Positions 1 to 9,247 of a DNA stretch of 64,000 nt are shown one piece after another. Made by a program: the position numbers and the translations under genes. The stretch comes from a virus: positions 6,497 through 70,496 of the IMG/VR virus record IMGVR_UViG_3300045926_000283, one strand, 5' to 3'. The notes below the pieces were generated by a model, which worked only from the letters and a program-made list of their open reading frames with translations, was not told the origin of the DNA and ran no database searches. Each line of letters starts with the position of its first letter. The stretch's first letter is position 1.

Positions 1-807
1 CTTCGGCCCGACGATCGACAGCCCGCCTTCGTCGCTCGCCTCCATCGTCAGCGCGGTGAACACCGGCCCCTCGACGAGGTTCGGGATGGAGAGCGCGTTG
101 TTGATGAACTCCTTCGCCCGGCTCTGGCCGAGGCCGATGTCCGCCCGGTTGTTGCCGCCGATCCGGATGTCGCCCGAGACGATCGGCGCCCCGTGTGACG
201 CCTTCTCGCCGCCGATCCGCCCTTCTCCTCGCTCGTGATCGAGGAAGGTCAGGACCTCGCCGGTCATCGAGGTCAACCCGTCGTACGCCACGCCGCCGAC
301 GCGCTCGAAGCCTTCGGTCTGCCGGACGTTCTCTTCCACCAGCTGATCGCCGAGCTGGATCATGTTGCGGCACTGATCGCAGTAGGTCGGCGCGAGCTGA
401 CTCCTGACCGGCAGCGTCGCGAGCAGATGCCCCTGCCGGCAGCGGACGTAGTAGGCGCCGGTGACCGGCGGTACCAGCCGCACGCCGGGCGAGGTCTCGC
501 CGGTCGCGGCGTTGATCGACGAGGGCCAGTAGCCCTTCGTCGCCTGATAGAGGTTCTCGATCCCGAGCCCCTCGGCGCTCCGAGTCCGGACGCGCCAGAA
601 GCGGATCAACCCCTGCTTCACGAGCTTCTGCACCAGGGTGGGGATCGCGCCTCCATCCCAGGAGTACAGCAGCAGCACCTTCTTGTCGTGCGCTTCCCAG
701 AGGTAGCGCGCGAGCGTCGCCAGCAGCGACGTCTTGCCGCTGCCCGGGACGCCGATGAGCAGCGTGGCGGTGAGGATGCGACGGACCGACTGGATCGCTT
801 CAGCCAT
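1..807 (-). CDS. AAA ATPase, Sak4-like recombinase (3' end outside the window)
   Basis: Manual translation MAEAIQSVRRILTATLLIGVPGSGKTS (Walker A), then YDGLTSM (Walker B-like); near an exonuclease gene. Confidence 0.7.
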   Translation of the reverse strand, partial: MAEAIQSVRRILTATLLIGVPGSGKTSLLATLARYLWEAHDKKVLLLYSWDGGAIPTLVQKLVKQGLIRFWRVRTRSAEGLGIENLYQATKGYWPSSINAATGETSPGVRLVPPVTGAYYVRCRQGHLLATLPVRSQLAPTYCDQCRNMIQLGDQLVEENVRQTEGFERVGGVAYDGLTSMTGEVLTFLDHERGEGRIGGEKASHGAPIVSGDIRIGGNNRADIGLGQSRAKEFINNALSIPNLVEGPVFTALTMEASDEGGLSIVGPK

Positions 808-1318
808 GTTGGGGGACTCCATAGGTCTTGGTGATCTGCTCGATCAGCTGGGTGGTCTCGTCCTGGCTGCACCACTCACCCGTCGCAATCTCCTCCGGAC
901 CCTCCGCCAGCACGTGGTCGCGAAAGTAGGCGAGCGCGGCGACGATGGTGCGCGCTGGCTTTCCCTCGGGGGCGAGCTGCGGCACGTCGGCGGTGACCGG
1001 CGGCGCCACGGCGAGCTGACGCCTGAGCGCGTCGCGGTGCCCTTCGATGTAGCCGGCGGTGAAGGCCTCTTCGAGCGTCGCGCCGGGATGGGCGAGCGCC
1101 CAGCGATCGAACACGCCGAGCTGCTCCTCGGGATCGATCGGCCGTGTGGGCCGAGGCGGCGGCGCGGCGACCTTGTAGCCCACCCGCCCCGCCCCGCAGT
1201 GCGCGCACGGCGTGCCGAGCGGCGCCTGGTTCTCCACCCCGCACGCCGGGCACGTCCATCCAGCCACCTCGCCCAGCCCGGGGCCCTGGTAGTGACGGCT
1301 GCCGCCGACCGGGCTCAC
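800..1318 (-). CDS. Zn-ribbon hypothetical protein
   Basis: WTCPACG...CAHCG; overlaps both neighbouring genes. Confidence 0.7.
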   Translation of the reverse strand: MSPVGGSRHYQGPGLGEVAGWTCPACGVENQAPLGTPCAHCGAGRVGYKVAAPPPRPTRPIDPEEQLGVFDRWALAHPGATLEEAFTAGYIEGHRDALRRQLAVAPPVTADVPQLAPEGKPARTIVAALAYFRDHVLAEGPEEIATGEWCSQDETTQLIEQITKTYGVPQHG

Positions 1319-1506
1319 GCGTCCTCCCCCCGGCGGTCCTCGACCGTCCGCTGCGCGGCCGGGTTGTCCTCGAACCAGTCCTCGATCGATTGCTGGATCG
1401 ACCGGGCGAGTGACTGGATCACGATCGCGTTGCTCTGCTCGATCGAGTGCTGCAGGAAGTGCTTCGCCAGTTCCTCACACGCCGGGTCGTAGAGCTTCAC
1501 CCTCAT
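1315..1506 (-). CDS. hypothetical protein
   Basis: 63 aa ORF with 4-nt start/stop overlaps on both sides. Confidence 0.7.
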   Translation of the reverse strand: MRVKLYDPACEELAKHFLQHSIEQSNAIVIQSLARSIQQSIEDWFEDNPAAQRTVEDRRGEDA

Positions 1507-2918
1507 CGCTCGTCCTCCTCACGCTCCGCCGCTTCTTCCGGCAGCAGCCCGCGCGCGATCGCCTGCTTGGTTTCCGGGTCGTGGTGGGGCAGACGCGGCT
1601 GGTATCTCCCGCTGCCGATCGGATCCTGCCAGCCGTCGTAGCGGTGGCAGATGGGCACGAACTCGCACTGCGCGTCTTTCCCGAACGGCCGGCACATCCA
1701 GCTGCACGGGATCTCGCGATCGAGCCACGCCTGGAAGACGTCGCTCTCCCAGCGGTGCCCCTGCTGCTGCAGTTCGAACCCGTCCCACAGCAGCTCCTGC
1801 CAGCGTGCTTCCTCGCCGTCCATCGATCGCCGGAGGCTTCTGAGCTGCGCGTCCTGGCGGTTCATCGGCCCGAGCAGGAAGCACACCTTCTCCCGCTGGC
1901 TCTCGGGCAGCCAGCGGACCCAGAACTCTTCAGGCGTCAGCGCGGGGTTCGCGTCTTTGTGCGCGACCCAGACCGGCCAGTCGCTCGTCGCCAGTTCCCA
2001 CACGCCCTTGCGGCGGTGCATCTTCGACTTGCGCTTGACCTCGCCGTTCTGATCGATCCACTCGTAGGAGGGCAGCCAATCCTCGGGCAGCAGCGGTGGG
2101 TTCCCGGGTCTCGCGTAGCCGTAACACAACGTCGAGAGCTGCTTCTTCCGTCCGTCGTCGTCGTACTTGTCCTTCGCCCGCCGGCCCTTGCTCAGGCCGA
2201 TGATGTACAGCTCGCTGACCTCGGCGCCGTACCGCGCCTCGGCGTCCAAGGTCCCGAGCGCGAGCTGCGGATCCGTCTCCCACTGCTCCGCCCACGCATC
2301 GCTCTCCCACCCGGTCGTTTTACACTCGAAGTAGGCGAGCGTGTGTCCGCCCCTGCGCTGCGCGAGGAGATCCGTCCTGAGCATCAGCGCGCGGCCGCTG
2401 CACCCTCGTCGGATGTGTTCGGCCTCGTCGAGCGGCGGCGCTCCACAGGTGCAGCTGAGGAAGTGCATCCGCTCTTGCTCGATCGCCACGACGCGGTACT
2501 GCTTGTGCAGCCACGGCAGGAACTGCAGCCTGAGCGTCCACAGCAACCCGGAGATGAGCGCCTTCTGTTCCTTGATCGTCTCTTCGGTCTGCTCAGAGCC
2601 GAGGATCCCTCTGAAGCCTTTCGCTTCGACCTTGGCGACGTAGCGCGCGCAGACCTCGGCGACGATGGCGCGCGTCTCCTGCTCGTTCGGCAGGCGGTCC
2701 GCTTTGAGCGCCCCGGCGAACGCCTCGACGCCTTCGTGCGCGGCGAGGCCCGTCGCCAGCGGTAGCGACTCGGCGCGCATGGTGAGGCCGTACCCCGTCG
2801 GGCCGGCGTGATAGCTGAGGTAGCGGGCACGCCGGCAACGGCCGGTGCCCAGTTTGAAACGCGAGCGATCGGTTAACCAGATCGTGGTAGGGGCGGAGGT
2901 GTCGGGGGCCACCATCAA
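1503..2918 (-). CDS. PD-(D/E)XK (Cas4/RecB-like) exonuclease
   Basis: C..ARY, G.AAH, RTDLL...ECKT, Q motif and C-terminal C..C...C cluster. Confidence 0.75.
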   Translation of the reverse strand: MMVAPDTSAPTTIWLTDRSRFKLGTGRCRRARYLSYHAGPTGYGLTMRAESLPLATGLAAHEGVEAFAGALKADRLPNEQETRAIVAEVCARYVAKVEAKGFRGILGSEQTEETIKEQKALISGLLWTLRLQFLPWLHKQYRVVAIEQERMHFLSCTCGAPPLDEAEHIRRGCSGRALMLRTDLLAQRRGGHTLAYFECKTTGWESDAWAEQWETDPQLALGTLDAEARYGAEVSELYIIGLSKGRRAKDKYDDDGRKKQLSTLCYGYARPGNPPLLPEDWLPSYEWIDQNGEVKRKSKMHRRKGVWELATSDWPVWVAHKDANPALTPEEFWVRWLPESQREKVCFLLGPMNRQDAQLRSLRRSMDGEEARWQELLWDGFELQQQGHRWESDVFQAWLDREIPCSWMCRPFGKDAQCEFVPICHRYDGWQDPIGSGRYQPRLPHHDPETKQAIARGLLPEEAAEREEDER

Positions 2919-2955
2919 GCGTCTCCGTGTGCGAAGCGTTAATAACCCAGCGTCA

Positions 2956-3180
2956 TCAGGCGGCGCGGCGCCCCGCCCGTCTCTTCTTCTTCCGGAGCAG
3001 CGCCTCCAGCGGCACGCCGGTCAGGTCGTGGATCTTCAGCGCCAGCGGCAGCCGCGGCGCCCGTTTCCCATTGACGATCATCGACAGCGCCGACTGGGTG
3101 ATGCCCAGCCGCCACGCGAACACCTCCTGCGTCGTCTTGGTCGCGGCCAGGTAGGCTTTGAGCGACGGGTGCGGCGGCAT
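2956..3180 (-). CDS. Cro-like XRE HTH regulator
   Basis: TQEVFAWRLGITQSALSMIVNGKRAP; divergent from a second HTH gene. Confidence 0.85.
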   Translation of the reverse strand: MPPHPSLKAYLAATKTTQEVFAWRLGITQSALSMIVNGKRAPRLPLALKIHDLTGVPLEALLRKKKRRAGRRAA

Positions 3181-3189
3181 GACCGGCGG

Positions 3190-3219
3190 ACTCTAATGAC
3201 TCAGAGTTATCGCTGTCAA
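3190..3219 (-). promoter_or_regulatory. sigma70-type promoter for cro with an operator in the spacer
   Basis: Minus strand TTGACA-N18-TAGAGT, 9 nt before the ATG; AATGAC-N5-GTTATC at 3195-3211. Confidence 0.6.
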
Positions 3220-3352
3220 GCCCCACCCCCGCGGCCGAATCGGGCGGGGTGGGTCAGCGACGGCGTCTCACCGACAGTCGCTCACTGTCGGCGGCGGGAG
3301 AGGCGCAGCGGCAGGCGGGAAACCCGAAGCGCTAATGATATGCTTGTCTGCA

Positions 3353-3369
3353 TATCACTCTCTGTGATA
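3353..3369. promoter_or_regulatory. Perfect-arm operator TATCAC-N5-GTGATA
   Basis: Palindromic arms between divergent HTH genes; same architecture as lambda operators. Confidence 0.65.
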
Positions 3370-3426
3370 AATTCCCTCCCAAAAACACCACACACACAAC
3401 AGGACACAGCAACCACCACCCACCCT

Positions 3427-4170
3427 ATGCCCAGGACCGCGACACTGACCGATCAACTCTGTGAAGAGATTCAACGGCTCTGCGATCTGCGCGGCCTCAC
3501 GCAGCGCGACGTCGCCGAGCATCTCGACATCTCGCAGGCGTACGTCAGCCTCACCTTCCGCGGCGCGCGGCGAAAGAACTACTTCGAGGCGTGGGTGCGG
3601 CTGGCGCGGCTGGTCGGCTACCGCTTCAGCGCGCTCGTCCGGCTGGCGGAGCAGCAGCTGGCGCGTGAGGACAAGGCGCGGCGGAAGCGAGCGCGGGCGC
3701 GCACGGCGGTCCACCACGCGGCCGGCAGTGGCAAGGAGGAGACGGCGGGCGCACCGGTCGCGGCGGTCGCACGTACCGCTGAGGTCGCGCACCCCCGACG
3801 TAAAAAGATACAGGGGGGTCAGAAATCTGTTGCACCGTCGACGCCTGAACGTGTATCGTCCTCGACGCCGTTATCACACAGCGTTATAACCCAGGCGTCG
3901 TCGTCGGCGCGTTCCCAGGAGTCGATCGATGGCCAAGCCGCGTCCCGCTCCGGCGTTCCCTCGTCCACAGATGCTGCGCGTCGTGACTACCAGCGACGTC
4001 AGCGAGAAGCCGCCGCCGTCCTCGCAGCTGGCCTCCCCGGAGCCGCTGCTGCCGTGGGCCGAGTACGTGGGGCAAGCGGTCGGCCTGTCGCAAAAGCTCC
4101 TGGATCCAAAGCGCCCGTTCGAGCTGGAGCTGGTCGCGTGGCTGTGGCGCGCACTCGTCGTCGCGCTTGA
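3427..4170 (+). CDS. CI-like XRE HTH repressor with low-complexity C-terminus
   Basis: MPRTATL...RGLTQRDVAEHLDISQAYVSLTFRG; start chosen at ATG 3427. Confidence 0.7.
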   Translation: MPRTATLTDQLCEEIQRLCDLRGLTQRDVAEHLDISQAYVSLTFRGARRKNYFEAWVRLARLVGYRFSALVRLAEQQLAREDKARRKRARARTAVHHAAGSGKEETAGAPVAAVARTAEVAHPRRKKIQGGQKSVAPSTPERVSSSTPLSHSVITQASSSARSQESIDGQAASRSGVPSSTDAARRDYQRRQREAAAVLAAGLPGAAAAVGRVRGASGRPVAKAPGSKAPVRAGAGRVAVARTRRRA

Positions 4171-4285
4171 GTTCCTCCATCGGCATCACAGCCGCGCCGA
4201 GCAGCGGTACCTCCGACAGCTGATTCGGAAAGCCCTGTCGGGGACGGGGAAACTCGTCCTCAGCTGCCTGCTCGTCGCTAGTTGA
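3929..4285 (+). CDS. hypothetical protein
   Basis: GGAG RBS, typical codon usage; overlaps the repressor ORF tail. Confidence 0.55.
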   Translation: MAKPRPAPAFPRPQMLRVVTTSDVSEKPPPSSQLASPEPLLPWAEYVGQAVGLSQKLLDPKRPFELELVAWLWRALVVALEFLHRHHSRAEQRYLRQLIRKALSGTGKLVLSCLLVAS

Positions 4286-4476
4286 CGCCCCGACCCGGAC
4301 AGCCCGGTGGGCTGCCTCCGTCCGGCGGCGTCGCTCCTCGCCCCCCTCTAACTCCAGCTGAGCTTGCACCCTAGCCGCGCGAGCCTAGCTTGTGGTGCGT
4401 GGTCGCAAGCATCGCCATCCCAGCGTGTACGCTTGGTTGTCTCGTCCGGTCGGGTTTTCTAGCATCGGTGGCCATC

Positions 4477-4692
4477 ATGGTCACACGGCGAGTGTCGACG
4501 CGGGCGCGCGCACGGCAGGTGAACTTCCGGTTGCCGGGGGAGATCTGGCAGCGGCTCGACGCGACGGCGGGGCTGCTGGGCCTGCCGCAGTCGCGGATCG
4601 TCACCGACGCCCTGGTGCAGTACTTCCAGCAGCTGCCAGCGGAGACGCGGTCGCTGATCGACAAGACGATCGCGCTTCGGCAGAAGCACTGA
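4477..4692 (+). CDS. Ribbon-helix-helix DNA-binding protein
   Basis: QVNFRLPGEIWQRLDATAGLLGLPQSRIVTDAL. Confidence 0.7.
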   Translation: MVTRRVSTRARARQVNFRLPGEIWQRLDATAGLLGLPQSRIVTDALVQYFQQLPAETRSLIDKTIALRQKH

Positions 4693-4712
4693 GGGGGGCG
4701 GGAGGCCCGGTT

Positions 4713-5339
4713 CTACTCCTCCGGCGCGGCCTTCCCGGTCCCGACGTAGCCCTCGCTGGTGAGCTTCGCGTAGCCGTAGCGCACCAGACTGCCGAAGCCG
4801 GCGGCGCCGATCTTCCGTCCCAGGCGCTCTTCGATCCGTGCGCGGAAATCCTGCTTCAGGAGCGGCGCCTTCGCGTGACTGAGCACGCCGAGCGCCGCGT
4901 CGCGCAGCGCGCCCTTCGTCGGTGTCGCCTTCGCCGTCCGCCGCGTCGTTCCCGCCGGCTTCGCGCCGGTGTGCGTGTAGCGCGTGCCGGAGAACTTCCC
5001 GGTACGCTTCACGCGCGTGGTGCGCTTCAAGGCCTTCGCGACTTGATCCCGGGTCTGGGTGACGCCGCGCGTCCTGAGCCAGTCGACGATCTGCCCGACC
5101 TTGAGCGGGGCGGACGCGTCGCGCAGGCAGGTCTCGATGAGGGCGAGGCGTTCGTCGGCCGACACCGCGCCATTGGTGCTGCGCCGGATCTGGATCGCCT
5201 TCGACAGGTTCTCGGGCAGGGCGGTCTTCGCGCGCTTCGTGTCGTCGGCGCGCAGATCCTCCAGCGTGATGCGGTAGGCGTTCGCGCGGTCCTCGTGGTA
5301 GCGGATCTTGGCTTCGAGCTTGTCGTAGATGGTCGGCAT
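4713..5339 (-). CDS. Basic protein, probably two winged-helix domains
   Basis: Lys/Arg-rich; two similar ..L...xAPL... helical units; AG-rich RBS. Confidence 0.6.
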   Translation of the reverse strand: MPTIYDKLEAKIRYHEDRANAYRITLEDLRADDTKRAKTALPENLSKAIQIRRSTNGAVSADERLALIETCLRDASAPLKVGQIVDWLRTRGVTQTRDQVAKALKRTTRVKRTGKFSGTRYTHTGAKPAGTTRRTAKATPTKGALRDAALGVLSHAKAPLLKQDFRARIEERLGRKIGAAGFGSLVRYGYAKLTSEGYVGTGKAAPEE

Positions 5340-5366
5340 CGGGGGCTGCCTCTCCTCTCTCTCCTC

Positions 5367-5859
5367 TTAGCTGGGTTGATCGGCGGCGAGGAACCGTTCG
5401 CTGCGGATCCGGTGCGCCTCATCCCGCCGCTGCTGCTTGCGTCGTCGCCGCTCCTTCTTCTCCTTCGCCGCCTCCGCCGCCTCCCGCTCCTTGATCGTGT
5501 GGAAGGTCCGCACCGCGTCGCCCAGGTGCTTCTTCGCCCAGGCGTCGAGCGGCTCCTCCCCGCCCAGGCCCTTCGCCTCGAACGCGGCGCCGAGCACGGC
5601 GAGGCTGATCGCGCCCAGGCGCGGCAGCGCCAGCGCCTCGGGCGAGACGTTCATGTACACATCCCGCAGATCCTTCACCTGCAGGTGCTGGTTCAGCACC
5701 ACCGAGAGGTTCGCCCGCCGCGGTGAAGTTGTAGCAGGCGACGCCGGCCAGATCCGCCCGCGTGAAGCGGTCGCTGCCGATCTGCAGGATCGGTTGCGCG
5801 TTCTTCTCCTGCAGCTTCGTGACGACGTAGTGGCCGAGCAGGCTGTTCGAGAGGTTCAT
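5367..5859 (-). pseudogene. hypothetical gene split by a 1-nt frameshift near 5716
   Basis: MNLSNSLL...YNFTAA joins ANLSVVLNQHL... if one extra G is removed. Confidence 0.6.
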
Positions 5860-6062
5860 GGCTCTCCCTCCACGCCTTCGCTCATCAGGCGGTTGAGCAA
5901 GCCGAGTGCGGCGCGGTTCGCCTCGATCGCCGACACGAGCGCCGCGTCGTGGTGGTTGAACGCGAGCTGCATCGCGCCGTGCGCGGCGTGGATCTCCTGC
6001 AGCGCTTCCGCGTGGCTGTCGAGGATGCGGTGGATCTCCTGACGGATGTCGTGCGCGCTCAT
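5856..6062 (-). CDS. hypothetical protein
   Basis: GGAGG RBS, ATGA coupling. Confidence 0.7.
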   Translation of the reverse strand: MSAHDIRQEIHRILDSHAEALQEIHAAHGAMQLAFNHHDAALVSAIEANRAALGLLNRLMSEGVEGEP

Positions 6063-6373
6063 GAGGCTTCCTCCTGGGGGTGGAGCGTGGCGAGGTGCGT
6101 CCGCACGGTGGCGGCGCCATGATCAGCGACGAGCGCGAAGAAGTCCTGCATCGCCTGCCTCAGCGCGATCGCTTCTTCGACGGTCTCGCATTCGAGGATC
6201 CAACGGACGTGCTTCCAGGGCTGGTGCTGCTGATCGTGCCCGCGGCCGGAGGGGTGGGTGCGGAGGACGCTGGGCTGGACCCGGATGCGAATCGTCTTCC
6301 CGGGGCGCTCCTCGGCGGCGTCACGGACGGTCTGGTCGAGGTCGAGGGTATCGGCGCTGAAGCTGCTCTGCAT
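6059..6373 (-). CDS. hypothetical protein
   Basis: 104 aa ORF; TTGACA...TATAAC promoter-like sequence just upstream. Confidence 0.65.
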   Translation of the reverse strand: MQSSFSADTLDLDQTVRDAAEERPGKTIRIRVQPSVLRTHPSGRGHDQQHQPWKHVRWILECETVEEAIALRQAMQDFFALVADHGAATVRTHLATLHPQEEAS

Positions 6374-6656
6374 GACGAAGCGTTATAACCTGACAGGCTG
6401 GCAGGCTGTCAAGCAGAAGCGTGTCGGCGGCGGGCTGTCAGCCGACCAGCCTAGCGCCCAGATCGCGCAGAGACACCACGGGTGGGGAGGCTTGCGCTGG
6501 GGTAACGGAGGTGTGTAGAACAGCGCTTTCCTTGGCTCGCTGTCCGGATTAGCTATGCTCGTCGGGAGGGAGAGGGGGGCGGGGTGAGTGGCCCCGCCCC
6601 TAGAGAGAGCGAGCATCGAGCGAGCCTCAATCCGGCCGGAAAGGAGGCGTAGTGCG

Positions 6657-7613
6657 ATGACGCCCGATCACGATAGCACGCTTTTGGTAGGACACCAACC
6701 CGCGTTCCCGGACCCCCTCCCCCGCATCATCCCCTTCGGGGCCGTGACACTGCTCGGCGGCGCTCCTGGCGTCGGCAAGACCGCGCTCCTCGCCGACTGG
6801 TTGGTGCGCTTCCGGGACGGTAAGACCATCTTCGGCTTCCCGACAAACCCACCGCCAGGGGGGATCTTCTATCTAGCGTCAGACCGCGGTTGGCGGTCGG
6901 CCCGGCACTGGTTCGCGCTGGTCGACTACACGAACATCCCACACTACTCCCTGACGAACGATCCGAAGCTCAATCTGGACGACCTCAAGGACTGGAAGGC
7001 CAGCATCCTCCTCGACAAGTGCCTATCGCATCTCAACCCACCGCCGGGGGCGCTGCTCGTCCTCGATCCGCTCGCACCGCTCTTCATCGCGGGCGATCCG
7101 AACCGCACACGGGACGTGGCGCGCTCACTCATCCTGCTCGGACGCCTCTGCGAGCATCGGCAGATCACGATCATCGCGACGTGTCACTTCGGGAAGCAGA
7201 AGGTCGACAGCAAGGACCGCTACACCCGCCCACAGGACCGCATTGCCGGGTCAACCTCCTTCGCCGGCTTCACCGACACCCAGATCTACCTGCTCGGTCC
7301 TGAACCGCCCGAGTATCCGCAGTATCGGGTCGGATGGGTACCACACGAGGCACCGCCGGCCGAGTTCGACCTGCAACGGGACGACCGCGGCCTGTTCGTC
7401 CCCGTGACCCTCACTGACTTCCTCGACTCGAACGCGGATCGCGTCTACCGGCATCTGCCGGCGGCGGGCTATGAACCGCTGGGCCTGGACGTCCTGCTGC
7501 TCAAGGCCGGGCTGCCGCGCCGGACGTTGCAGCGGGCGCTGACGGATCTGGTGAACGACGGACGGGCCGAGCGGGTCCGGCCGGGCTATTACCGGAAGCG
7601 CAAACCGCAGTGA
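6657..7613 (+). CDS. RecA-family (AAA_25/RepA-like) helicase with C-terminal wHTH
   Basis: GAPGVGKT Walker A, LLVLDPL Walker B, H..K, GS..FAG; AGGAGG RBS. Confidence 0.8.
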   Translation: MTPDHDSTLLVGHQPAFPDPLPRIIPFGAVTLLGGAPGVGKTALLADWLVRFRDGKTIFGFPTNPPPGGIFYLASDRGWRSARHWFALVDYTNIPHYSLTNDPKLNLDDLKDWKASILLDKCLSHLNPPPGALLVLDPLAPLFIAGDPNRTRDVARSLILLGRLCEHRQITIIATCHFGKQKVDSKDRYTRPQDRIAGSTSFAGFTDTQIYLLGPEPPEYPQYRVGWVPHEAPPAEFDLQRDDRGLFVPVTLTDFLDSNADRVYRHLPAAGYEPLGLDVLLLKAGLPRRTLQRALTDLVNDGRAERVRPGYYRKRKPQ

Positions 7614-7654
7614 AAATCGCTGCGAGAGGCGAAAGTCACGATGGTGGTGGGTGA

Positions 7655-7820
7655 GATCGTGGCGCAGGGGAGATCTTAACTCTTAATACACGCTGGCGCA
7701 GAGGGTACTATTTCTGGCGCAGCTGGCACAGAGCTGCGCCACCTGCGCCAGTTTTTATCACAGGCTGGCGCAGGGTTATCTCCTGTACTGTCTGTGGGTT
7801 AACCCCAAGTGCGCCAATTT
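7655..7820. repeat. Iteron-like TGGCGCAG repeats, putative replication origin
   Basis: About 8 copies in both orientations (7660, 7694, 7715, 7724, 7734, 7743, 7766, 7809) with AT-richer spacers, directly after the helicase gene. Confidence 0.6.
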
Positions 7821-7848
7821 TCCACCCCCAATCCGGGGGGCAACTCGA

Positions 7849-8352
7849 TCAGCCCTCACTTTCGCCCCCCTCTTCCCCTCGCGGAATCCACCCATGCACC
7901 GGGCAGCCGGCGTGCCAGCCGTAGGGCTTCGGGCAGGTGCAGGGGACGTCGAGGGCGAGGTTCACTTCCTCGCCGCTGGGCTTGGCGTCGATCGCCCAGA
8001 ACCCAACCCCGGCCTGCTGCCGGATCGCCAGGAACTGGCGCGGGCTGGGGATGGTGTCAGACGGCTCCACGGCCTTCTTGGAGCGCGGGACGACCGGGTA
8101 GGCCATCAGGCCTATCTGGTAGACCTTTCGGCACCTGGGGCAGGCTAGACGCTGTGTGAGGGCATTGTAGGTGACCTCCCGGGCGCGGCGCGGCCGGCGG
8201 CGAACGCGGTTGGTCTCGTCGTCTCGGGAGCGGTGGCGCGTAGCGTCGAGCTGGGCGACGATGACGAGGCCGCAGCTCGGGCATTCGCAGGTGAAGCGGT
8301 CGATGCGGGCGAAGAAGCGGCTGGACGGCGGGACGGTCGGGACGTGGGGCAT
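7849..8352 (-). CDS. Zn-finger hypothetical protein
   Basis: CPSC, CPRC and CTC..CPVH motifs; GAGGAGG RBS. Confidence 0.7.
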   Translation of the reverse strand: MPHVPTVPPSSRFFARIDRFTCECPSCGLVIVAQLDATRHRSRDDETNRVRRRPRRAREVTYNALTQRLACPRCRKVYQIGLMAYPVVPRSKKAVEPSDTIPSPRQFLAIRQQAGVGFWAIDAKPSGEEVNLALDVPCTCPKPYGWHAGCPVHGWIPRGEEGGESEG

Positions 8353-8581
8353 GGCTGAGCCTCCTCGGCCGGGTACGTACGATCGGCTGCCGGGACGATC
8401 GGGAGGTCGAGGGTACGTACGATCGGCGATCGACGATCGGCGATCGGGATGATCGGGATGATCGTACGTACGCTGGCAAGGGGGACCGCTCAGACGCAGG
8501 GGACAGGCCGGGGTGGGGCGGTTCCGGCGCGCCGCCTTCAGGAGGCGCGGCGCGCCGCCACCAGCCAGGGTCGGGGGTCGG

Positions 8582-8917
8582 TCAGGGCTCGTCGACGATC
8601 TCGCCGTCCTTGACCGCGACCTCGGCTTGCTGAGCCTCGGCGAGGCGGTCGTAGATCCGGCGGACTTCGGGGTACTTCAGCGGCGCGTGCCGGACGAAGT
8701 GCTCGTAGTTCAGGATCGGGATGAACTGCCACCACTCGCGCACGGTCGAGGAGCGCGGCGGGGGTGTAGTCCGGTAGCGTTCGAGGTAGGCCTCGATCGC
8801 ATCGAGGACGGCACACGCCTCGCGCGCGCTCAGCGCCAGGTGGAGGGTCGGGGGCTCGGGGGGATCGATCGGGACGTTGGTGCGTCCGTAGATCTCTTCC
8901 GGGGTTCTTGGGGCCAT
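8582..8917 (-). CDS. hypothetical protein
   Basis: ORF after a long (GA)n leader. Confidence 0.7.
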   Translation of the reverse strand: MAPRTPEEIYGRTNVPIDPPEPPTLHLALSAREACAVLDAIEAYLERYRTTPPPRSSTVREWWQFIPILNYEHFVRHAPLKYPEVRRIYDRLAEAQQAEVAVKDGEIVDEP

Positions 8918-8965
8918 CGGTCTCTCCTCTCTCTCTCTCTCTCTCGCTCTCGCTCTCGCTCTCTT

Positions 8966-9181
8966 CTACGGCAGCCGGCCCATGATCGTGAAGCCCTGCC
9001 AGAACAGCCCGCTGACCAGCACGATCAACGCCGCCAGCATCCACCGCAGCAGCCGCAGCTCGCCGCGGATGTCGGCGAGCGCGCGGTCGTAGCCGGCGAC
9101 TTCCTCCGCCGCGATGCGGGCCTTGTCGGCGTTGCCGGGGTCGAGCAGCGCGTCGTGCAACGCGCCTAATCGCAAACTCAT
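8966..9181 (-). CDS. small coiled-coil protein with C-terminal TM helix
   Basis: ...IRGELRLLRWMLAALIVLVSGLFW. Confidence 0.7.
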   Translation of the reverse strand: MSLRLGALHDALLDPGNADKARIAAEEVAGYDRALADIRGELRLLRWMLAALIVLVSGLFWQGFTIMGRLP

Positions 9182-9247
9182 AGTGTTCTCGCTCGCTCCT
9201 CTCGTGCTGCCGGCCAGCGACGACCGGCAGCACTCTCTGTGATAAGT

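Noticed and set aside
1503-2918. CRISPR-associated Cas4
   Set aside because: Stand-alone phage PD-(D/E)XK nuclease beside a Sak4-like ATPase; no CRISPR context
2845-3426. N-terminal extension of the 441-aa ORF
   Set aside because: Overlaps cro antisense and the switch region; ATG 3427 fits an HTH start better
7723-7738. Second sigma54 promoter (TGGCACAGAGCTGC)
   Set aside because: Spacing is one base short and it belongs to the iteron cluster
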